A DNA stretch of 32,061 bases from contig KZ987749.1 of NCBI GenBank assembly GCA_003614145.1, positions 1-32,061 on the forward strand, given 5' to 3'. A model generated the notes under the pieces. That model worked only from the letters and a program-made list of their open reading frames with translations, was not told where the DNA came from and searched no databases. The DNA is from Piptocephalis cylindrospora. Taxonomy: Eukaryota. This document shows positions 11,567 through 20,644 of this stretch, one piece after another. Both the position numbers and the translations under genes were made by a program. Numbering within the stretch: position 1 is the stretch's first letter; each line of letters starts with the position of its first letter.

Positions 11567-13715
11567 TGTGCTAGCTGAACGATCACCTCGGCTAAAAGAA
11601 AAGATGGACGTAGGTGTTGGGGAGAGGAAGGATGTCTGCAAGAAAAAAAAAAGAAGGGATGGCCCAGTCTGTGGAAGGTCGAGGTCAACTGGATGCCTCC
11701 TTAACAAGCGGCGGATTTGTTCAAGAAAAAAGAAAAAACCTACTGCCTTTCTCAGCAGCTTTGGAATCCACTGTGTGAGTAGAGCGGGTGGTAAAGTGCG
11801 CAGATAGGATCCACAAACACTGGCGCGCTCTGGGGATATCTCCCAGCGGGGACAGGCTAGGGCTGGCAACTCAATGCTGTGAACAAAGATGATGAGCACA
11901 CCTTGGCTCAGAGAATGTGAGGGAAGAGGCATATGTATGGCCTTGGCGACTTGGGGAAACGCTAGTTTGTCGGATCAGACATAATCACCCTTCTTATTCA
12001 AACACCTAGGGCTTAGCCGGTATGGGGCAAGACATTCACGATCGAGGACGAGAAAGGTCATCCACATTCACCACCATCGCTCATCTCTCTTTCATTAGTC
12101 CAGTTCGAGGGGAGAGACGTCGCCACTTCCTCGTCAAGTCATACACAGGTTTCTTATCGATTACCCAATTCTCAGCCCAGATTCTGGACATTAGACTTGG
12201 CCTTCTTCTTCTCCTTGGTCACAGTGGTGGGTGGTGCAGCTTGGGTACGCTTCTTCCCCTTGTCTTCTTCGATGCTCTTTGCCTCGGTGATCTTTGACCT
12301 TTTGGTCTTGGGTGCTTCATCCTCTGATGATGATGAAGACGAAGAAGACGAAGAAGACGAAGAGGAAGAAGACTCCGACGAGGAGTCGGATGATGATGAT
12401 GATGATGATGACGAAGAGGAGGATTGATCAGGTTTGACCTCTTTGGTCACAGAGATGGCCTCACTCTTTACAAATTGAATGGCCTTTTTCTTCTCTGTTT
12501 TTTCCTCTTCATCATCAGAAGAAGAAGAAGAAGAAGAGGAGGAGGAGGAAGAAGAAGAAGAGGAGGAAGATGATTCAGCCTTCTTGCTAGTCTTCTTGGT
12601 ATCCCTCTTTTCTTCCTCTTCAGAGGAGGATGAGGATGAGGAGGATGAGGAGGATGAAGAGGAGGAAGATGAGGAGGACTCGGCCTTCTTGCTGGTCTTC
12701 TTTACACCTTTCTGCTCCTCCTCAGAGGAAGAGGAGGAAGAGGAGCTAGAACTATCAGTACTAGCTTCCTTCATCGTGACATCATCATCAGATGAATCCG
12801 AAGAAGAAGAAGAGCTCTAGGAAATAGGAATACATCAGTGAGAAAGGACACCTAATCTTTCTCTATCCAATTTGTCACATCCTTACCTCAGATGACTCGG
12901 TGGTGGTAGACGACTGCTTCTCCTGCCATTCCTGAAAAATGGTAGATAGAGTACTGGTGGGAACCGAAGATCCTTTCAAAGCCTTCTTAGCCTCGCGACG
13001 AAAAGCATTGGCAGAGGTGAGGAAATCGGAGGCCTCGAGAAAGGCCAGGACTGCTGGGTAAAGTTCCTTGGGAGTAGTGGAGGTCTTGGTCATTGTGCTA
13101 GCTGAACGATCACCTCGGCTAAAAGAAAAGATGGACGTAGGTGTTGGGGAGAGGAAGGATGTCTGCAAGAAAAAAAAAAGAAGGGATGGCCCAGTCTGTG
13201 GAAGGTCGAGGTCAACTGGATGCCTCCTTAACAAGCGGCGGATTTGTTCAAGAAAAAAGAAAAAACCTACTGCCTTTCTCAGCAGCTTTGGAATCCACTG
13301 TGTGAGTAGAGCGGGTGGTAAAGTGCGCAGATAGGATCCACAAACACTGGCGCGCTCTGGGGATATCTCCCAGCGGGGACAGGCTAGGGCTGGCAACTCA
13401 ATGCTGTGAACAAAGATGATGAGCACACCTTGGCTCAGAGAATGTGAGGGAAGAGGCATATGTATGGCCTTGGCGACTTGGGGAAACGCTAGTTTGTCGG
13501 ATCAGACATAATCACCCTTCTTATTCAAACACCTAGGGCTTAGCCGGTATGGGGCAAGACATTCACGATCGAGGACGAGAAAGGTCATCCACATTCACCA
13601 CCATCGCTCATCTCTCTTTCATTAGTCCAGTTCGAGGGGAGAGACGTCGCCACTTCCTCGTCAAGTCATACACAGGTTTCTTATCGATTACCCAATTCTC
13701 AGCCCAGATTCTGGA
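10661..13715. repeat. Direct tandem duplication, unit 1527 bp (10661-12187 = 12188-13714)
   Basis: All ORFs recur at an offset of exactly 1527 with identical translations. No differences were found in nucleotide spot checks, including the A10 run. Confidence 0.97.
12172..13093 (-). pseudogene. SRP40: C-terminally truncated duplicate of SRP40 (~283 aa; exons 13093-12887, 12816-12172) lacking the conserved SRP40 C-terminal domain
   Basis: Identical to the full copy up to KSNVQN, then reads LG-stop across the duplication junction. Confidence 0.8.
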
Positions 13716-13815
13716 GAATTAAGTTTGGATTAGCACTTCATCCCTACCTCCATATCATTGCCTAGCTATAAAAGTCATTGGTATATTCTCCAGCACACTC
13801 ATCCCACCATTCATC

Positions 13816-14240
13816 CTACTGCCCAGGACCCTTTCCACCAGGGATGAGGAGACAAACATTGCTTCCATTGAGGAGGATTTGGGTCACATCGTGCTTGGAT
13901 TTCCCCTCTGGGGTGGTTTCACTATGGAAGGGCGACGTGAGGGTGGGGAGGGGGCAGGAGGCATGATCTGCTCGGTTTCTGCACGAGGAACTTACTAGCA
14001 CACCACATCTTCCAAAACCATGTTGACATAGTCATCAAACCCTCGGAGAGTCCCAACAAATTCCTTTTCATCCTTCATCAGCACCCAGATTCGCGAGCCA
14101 ATGCACTTGTCAATCAGTTCTAGCAACAAGTTCAGATGGAGGGTAAGTACGTGACGTGTCAGCAAGGCCCATAATATACACCTACCCAAAGGGAGGATCT
14201 GATTAACGGTTGGAGTAGTAGAGGTAGCAGGAGCAGCCAT
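13816..14240 (-). CDS. LSM5: U6 snRNA-associated Sm-like protein Lsm5, 94 aa, copy 1 (exons 14240-14186, 14119-13996, 13921-13816)
   Basis: Spliced product [40 protein letters not shown]...[16 protein letters not shown], with two GT-AG introns. Confidence 0.96.
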
Positions 14241-14593
14241 GAAGACAATAGGATCAAGGTGTGAAAGGTTGAATGAGGATGGGAAAGAGGAAGAAGGAGG
14301 AAGAGGCAAGAAACACAGGCCATCTTCTATAGATCTTTGTTGTGACCCCACACGCATTACTGTGAAGCTACCGCCAGATCTGCAGCCCCAGCTATACCAT
14401 AGAGTAAGCTAATCAGGGTCAGACCACGTAATAATACATGTACCCAGTATACCACGACCTCCTTTTTCTTACCGATCATCACCAGATTCTGGAGAATTAA
14501 GTTTGGATTAGCACTTCATCCCTACCTCCATATCATTGCCTAGCTATAAAAGTCATTGGTATATTCTCCAGCACACTCATCCCACCATTCATC

Positions 14594-15018
14594 CTACTGC
14601 CCAGGACCCTTTCCACCAGGGATGAGGAGACAAACATTGCTTCCATTGAGGAGGATTTGGGTCACATCGTGCTTGGATTTCCCCTCTGGGGTGGTTTCAC
14701 TATGGAAGGGCGACGTGAGGGTGGGGAGGGGGCAGGAGGCATGATCTGCTCGGTTTCTGCACGAGGAACTTACTAGCACACCACATCTTCCAAAACCATG
14801 TTGACATAGTCATCAAACCCTCGGAGAGTCCCAACAAATTCCTTTTCATCCTTCATCAGCACCCAGATTCGCGAGCCAATGCACTTGTCAATCAGTTCTA
14901 GCAACAAGTTCAGATGGAGGGTAAGTACGTGACGTGTCAGCAAGGCCCATAATATACACCTACCCAAAGGGAGGATCTGATTAACGGTTGGAGTAGTAGA
15001 GGTAGCAGGAGCAGCCAT
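14594..15018 (-). CDS. LSM5: Lsm5, copy 2 (exons 15018-14964, 14897-14774, 14699-14594)
   Basis: Identical to copy 1 at +778. Confidence 0.93.
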
Positions 15019-15453
15019 GAAGACAATAGGATCAAGGTGTGAAAGGTTGAATGAGGATGGGAAAGAGGAAGAAGGAGGAAGAGGCAAGAAACACAGGCCA
15101 TCTTCTATAGATCTTTGTTGTGACCCCACACGCATTACTGTGAAGCTACCGCCAGATCTGCAGCCCCAGCTATACCATAGAGTAAGCTAATCAGGGTCAG
15201 ACCACGTAATAATACATGTACCCAGTATACCACGACCTCCTTTTTCTTACCGATCATCACCAGGTTTTGGGGAGAGCACAGTCAAGTCATGATAAGCAGT
15301 GAAAATAGATTGGGGATAGCCAATTCAAATCATCATAAACAGTAAGATCACAGAAATAGAATATGTAATGGTAATGTCCAAAATGTCACAGCCCAACATT
15401 CATACATCTCTCCAACAAGATCCAGGAGGCATTAATTCACGCTCCTCTAGAGT

Positions 15454-17778
15454 TTACATTTCACATGATGAGGTACGCAGATGGAAACAAGCTATTGGTC
15501 GCGTATCTGCTCCATAGAGGATGGTGATAAAGAGGGGATGGGTGGGGTGGTGGACAAGAGAAAAAAAATGTCTATCCAGGAGGGAGAGAGCGTATGAGTA
15601 CACATTCTCTCGCTTTGGGACATTTCATCCAACACATAGCACCAACCTTATCCGATCCCCAATGTATCCATTATGGGGGAGGATCAAGGAGCGAAGGTGG
15701 ATGGAGAAGGCCAGATCCCCCGTATCCGCATACTTGACACGCATGGGCGCTTCAGGAATCTGCTGAGGTCTAGTGCAGAAGTAAAGCAGAGCAATTGATA
15801 AGGTAAGTCATATACACCTCCCTTCCTGCTCATGCCCTCTTTCTCCCTATGCAATGCCTCTTACTTTGCTCTTCCGAGGAGAAGACTCTCCTCATAGGTA
15901 AATAAATTTGAGCTCAGGTAAGGACTCTTGTACATGCCAGGGTCCAGCCGTTTCTGACCAGGGGAGGGGACAGAGTAAGATGAAGATCCACGGGATGGTA
16001 TTGAGATACCTGAGGGAAAGGCGTGCCGATGAAGGATTTTGAGGATAACTGAGTCATGCATATCATACAGGACGCTAAAGGGGGTGGAAATCGCCGGTAG
16101 GTGTGGGGAGGTGGATTTGAAGGGGGGCTCTATGACAAAAGGCCCAGAGAAGGAGGAGGAGGAAGGTGCGTGGGACGGAGGTTGCATTAAGGAAGTCGGT
16201 GGATGAGGCGCGGATACATGCAAAGAAGCCGCGATAATTGATTGTGGTTGGTAGTGCAGTTGTAGGTATCTTCCCGTCGGTCCAACCAGATGAGCATATG
16301 TCAAGACAACGTCGTCGATGAGCTGAGGACGAATCTGGTGAAAATACTGAATCTGCTCCTGATTACCGCTTTTCATCGCCTTCCGGTAAAGATGAGTCAA
16401 GATACGCTGTGTAAGGCGGGATAATGGAGGTTCGGGGAGGCCATGATCAGATGATAGATCATTCTAACAGGTATATAGATCATGTGGGTGTGGGGACAAA
16501 TGAGTTTTCAGTGTATATGATCCTTAATAACCATCCATCTTCTTCCTAGGAAGCCCTGGGAGGCAATGGAAGAGGAGATACTTACCTCGTTATGGAGGAC
16601 AGTGCTTATTCCCTCCAAGGAGGATTCGCCGTCAAAGATCAAATCATCCTTCTCCTCCTCCTCCTTGTCCTTTTCTGTCAGATGAGATCCGAGCCGACGC
16701 AATGGATCTAATTGGCCATCCTCCTAAGGGGTTAGCAAGGGATTATTAGCAATAGTAGTATTTAGGGGTGGATAATTCAGGGATGAGCGGGCCAAGGCAG
16801 CTAGAAAGGGCTTTCCGATATAATACACATCAGGTTCTCCATCCAGTCCATCTAACCGGCTATATCCCTCAAAATATGAGATCCCTTATGGACTTCACTT
16901 ACCCTCCAATGAAACAGGTAAACTGTTTGATCCTGCAAAGAGAGGACCGAAAGGGTATCCCCCTCCAAGGAGCAACATCGGCCATCCTCTAGATCCAGCC
17001 AGTCCTCTGGGAACTGCCATACATACTTCATGGAAAGGGTCTCAAGGTTCAAGCAGTAGAGCCGAATACTGTAAAGAGGGTGGTTATGACGAAGGGCTGA
17101 AGGAGGGTGCTTCGTGGAGAAAGGGGGCTGTCCTGGGACAGGATATACGGAATGGGGAGGTGGGGTCACAGTGGCTAAAAGGACCTGAAATGAGGCGCCT
17201 CATGAGGAAAATCAGCAGTCGGACACCAATCCTGAGCCGGGTAAATGCCTACCCCATCATTTACTCACCATCTTTCTCGTAGGATGGAAAAAGGAAAAGC
17301 AATTGGCAAAGCGCTCAATTGGCTCTTCTAGCATCAATTTTCCCCTTGGATAAATGGAGGTCAGGAGGGGGAATAGATGGGAGAAAAGGGATGTTCGATT
17401 GGCCTCCATTTCCTCCTTGGACAAACCTAAGCCCCGGAAGCCTCGAATCTGTACACAATCACATGATCGTGGGAAGCAGATGAGGTACTATTGAGAAGAG
17501 TGGAACATGAAACCAGGACAATTAGTTCATCATTTGGGTACGGCATCGGTCTAGTCAGGCTTGCATAAGCCAGGATGAGTTTCTTCAGAAAGGCTTACCT
17601 TGCCATCCGGGCTGAAGGATCGAACAATGTGCACATCCATAGGGAGCCGTATAGGCCAAAGGGTACTCTGAGGAGTCGTGAACGGAATAAAGTCTTCCAA
17701 ATGAGAGCGTGATCCTCCGGGCAGTGGGGAAGCCCCGCCCTTCTCCCGGTCCCGGAGACGTTCAAGAAGGTTACGCAT
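15454..17778 (-). CDS. DET1: DET1 (de-etiolated 1) homolog, CUL4-DDB1 adaptor, ~552 aa, 7 exons (17778-17599, 17487-17269, 17184-16903, 16723-16586, 16463-15865, 15769-15647, 15571-15454)
   Basis: Colinear DET1-like blocks: NLLERLRDRE, RSFSPDGKYLICF, TLSVLSLQDQTVYLF, LSRLTQRILTHLYRKA, SPYLSSNLFTYEE and HPTHPLFITI..CFHLR. All six introns are GT-AG and phase-consistent. Confidence 0.82.
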
Positions 17779-18798
17779 GGCCGAGAGATGGGGTTTCCAA
17801 GTAGGCGCGAAAGACGTGAGGAGTATGCTGAGATATACCAGAACGTCAGCTTTTCAACCTCAGCGGGTCTTGGAGAATGAGACAAGGAAGAGCAAAGTAA
17901 GAGAAGTAGGAAAACCAAAGCACGATGCGCTGCTTCAAGGTCAAGTCTAGTAAACCCGTCAACTTTTGCGATTGATCCCTCAAAGCCATCAAGGCCACAC
18001 ACGCATCCCCACACTCCGCCATCCTATAAATAGTCTCTTCTCCCCACGGTTGAACCACCCGACAGCCCTCGTCCCCATGAGGGCGTAGGAGAATGCGATG
18101 CAGTTGCTTTGAGTAAGGCGAGGAGAGCGGATCTTTCAAGTGGGTTTTCGTTTATCCTTGATACAATTTCAATAAGCGGATGCAAGCAACGCATCTTTCA
18201 ACCTCACCTATATGATGACGGAAGGATGAATATGGCACGCAAAGTCATTCGTCCTTTCCCATCGTCCCAGAAAGAGGTGTCAGCCTCCTAGGATGGCCAA
18301 GGTACTCAAAGTGGCCGAGAGTAATAGGATGCATGATCAAGGGGAAGGGTGGTGAAGGTGAAATGAATGCTCAAGGATGAAGGCACAAAGAGATTAGCTT
18401 GAGTGAAAAGGATGAAATTACTTTTCCCATCTGTTTGCATAATTCTTTTACATCCCCAGTTATGGTCGGATAGGGAGGCTCCTCATAATGGCCACAGCGT
18501 TCGAGAATTCAGACTCTGGAGTTCACCCATAAAACTGTCCTAAGATATGAAATCCTACCATTAAGGCAGTAAATCCCATATGTATCCCGTAAGAATTATC
18601 CGTATGATATGCTGTCCCTTGGGTGATTCCTCATAAGGCAATACTTTTTTTAACACAAAAAATAATAATCCATATGATAATCTTTGCTACGTGCACTAAA
18701 TGAATTTTTGAGTCTTCTTAATCTTGAAAGCGTCTGAGTCCTTTTCATTGTCCATCATCAAGTCACCCTGTCTCCCCAGCAGGAGCATTGGTGGCATC

Positions 18799-20065
18799 CT
18801 AAGAGTCGGTGAGTTCCAGCGTGGCTGCTCCTACATGCGCGGATACCAAGGCCACATCTTCACCGCCACCGCCACGATTGCCCGTGCCAAGGCACAGACC
18901 TACCTTGTTAGAAACAAGTGACTTTTGAAGTTGGACGCGAGGACCTCGAAGATCAGCCTGATAGCCTCCATCCGTTAGGGCCTCGGCCTGCCCTGAAAAG
19001 TCCCCTCCACGCAATTTAACCTGGACCGACCCTTCATCCCTGCACTGGACGGTGATGGTGCGGCCATCCAAGGTCACATTCCCTAAAGCTGCAGTGCTTC
19101 GTCGAAGGAAAACATCCAGTGTCATAGGGCTCCTCCCTTGTCCATACACTTGGAGGGATGAGGAGGGTGAGACTACCCCTTGGATTGCCGTATCCCATGT
19201 GCGGATCATCCCATTCTCCATCTGTATCCCTCCACTTCCTTCATCACCTTGCTCAGCCTGAATCCCCCCACGATGCACCGACAGGGTAAGATTACGCAGG
19301 GGCGTAGCCATGGAAAGGCCCTTGCTCAGGGTCACCATTCCACCGCCTACATCCACCTCCACGGAGTATCCGGACCTCACGATCGAACTGCCCTCGGTCC
19401 CAAGAGGCAGGAGAAGGGTAACATGGGCCGCAGCACAATGGGGCGGGAAGGTGAAGTAGCACCCCCGTTCCGAGGGGGCCGTGACCTTCAATGTGTATAC
19501 GCCCGTATCAGGCGACATGATATATGTGACCTCAGAGGAGCCGGACGACACGATCGACAGGCCTGCATTACTCTCTCCACTGGTCGATACATCCACAGTC
19601 ACTTGAGTTTTCTGCGTAAGGTAAATGAGCCCTCTCCTTTCATAAATGTCCCGTACTCTTTGAGGACTCAATTCACCACCCAACCTACCAAAGTGGGGTA
19701 GTTCCCTTCTACTCGAAAGGTCCGGTAAGTCGTGGTATCCACCGAATATGTTGTCAGCCGTGAGCCGTATCTTCCATTCAAGTCGAGACGGGCCTTGCAC
19801 TCTAGGTAACTGGCGAGGATAACCGACTAATATAAGAGATAATGAATGGTTAGTCAGGAACTGCATGGTGGACTCATCATGTAATACTTGCCCCAAAACT
19901 GATGACTCCGACAACAATTAAAGTCGAGTAAAAACACACGACATCGCCACACCCTCCGTTAAAGTAGGGTAGAGCAAGCCATCGACGAGGACGCATTGGG
20001 GGTGGGGGAAGGGCCACCCAGTCTATGAGCCATTGTCGCGTTCCTATAAACCAGTAGCTTCCCAT
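18799..20065 (-). CDS. Uncharacterised single-pass membrane protein with a beta-rich (DUF4097/adhesin-like) C-terminal region, ~374 aa, exons 20065-19892, 19826-19689, 19611-18799
   Basis: Splicing a GC-AG intron (branch site GACTAAC) and a GT-AG intron gives one open frame. It contains a hydrophobic helix VVCFYSTLIVVGVISFGSVILASYL followed by repeated strand-GG-strand motifs. The domain name is an inference. Confidence 0.68.
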
Positions 20066-20644
20066 GATATTGTTATTGCTTAATGCAGATAGTTAGTTTA
20101 ATGGCGTTGAATAAGAATAAGGGATTGAGATGTATGCGAAAGATATGGAGGAGAACAGAGAGCGATGAGAATAACTGATGAATTGCAGATATGGATATAT
20201 CACCTTTGACTTTATCATGTAATCCGGGGTGCATTTATATGTACCTAGAGCATGCTGAACGGAAGGAAAAAGGAAACTTTCCAGGGGAGGAAGGAAAATC
20301 AGGATATTCTCTTTGATACATCCATCGTCAGGGATCGATTCACCCTCCAATCTTTGCCTTTCGTCGACTTTTCCAACTCATCCCCACCCGTTCACTCCCC
20401 TCCCTCCTCTCATCTGTCCATCGTCATGAGTTCCTTTGTTCTCTCTCGTGCCACACTCTTCATGATCTAACTACACAGCACAAATAACGACGTTAGATAG
20501 CAATGCTAAAGATGCTAAAAAGAGTACAAGGGAACAAGTTACAAGGGGATCATCATACATTGCCACATCCACACTTCCTAGCAAAAAAAAAGAAAGGGAC
20601 CCATCAAACTCAATCATTCCTCTTCATCCACACACCAATTCATT

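Larger units (their letters stand above)
13704..15263. repeat. Direct tandem duplication, unit 778 bp (13704-14481 = 14482-15259), containing a whole LSM5 gene
   Basis: ORFs recur at an offset of 778 with identical translations, and there is CCAG microhomology at the junction. Confidence 0.97.

Noticed and set aside
11567..11932. N-terminal extension of the 194-aa ORF upstream of SRP40 (also 13094-13459)
   Set aside because: It runs through promoter-like T-rich tracts, and Nopp140 similarity starts only at MTKTSTT (11566).
10661..15263. Duplicated units interpreted as transposons or LTRs
   Set aside because: The units contain host genes with introns, and there is no transposase or reverse transcriptase, no terminal inverted repeats and no TG..CA ends.
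15470..15512. GCAGAT/ATCTGC hairpin after an ATGATGA box
   Set aside because: It lies within the last coding exon of DET1 on the opposite strand, and no D box follows.
18506..18515. AATTCAGACT resembles the CR-V element of RNase P RNA
   Set aside because: There is no upstream CR-I (GGAA..GTCTGA) partner to form the P4 helix.
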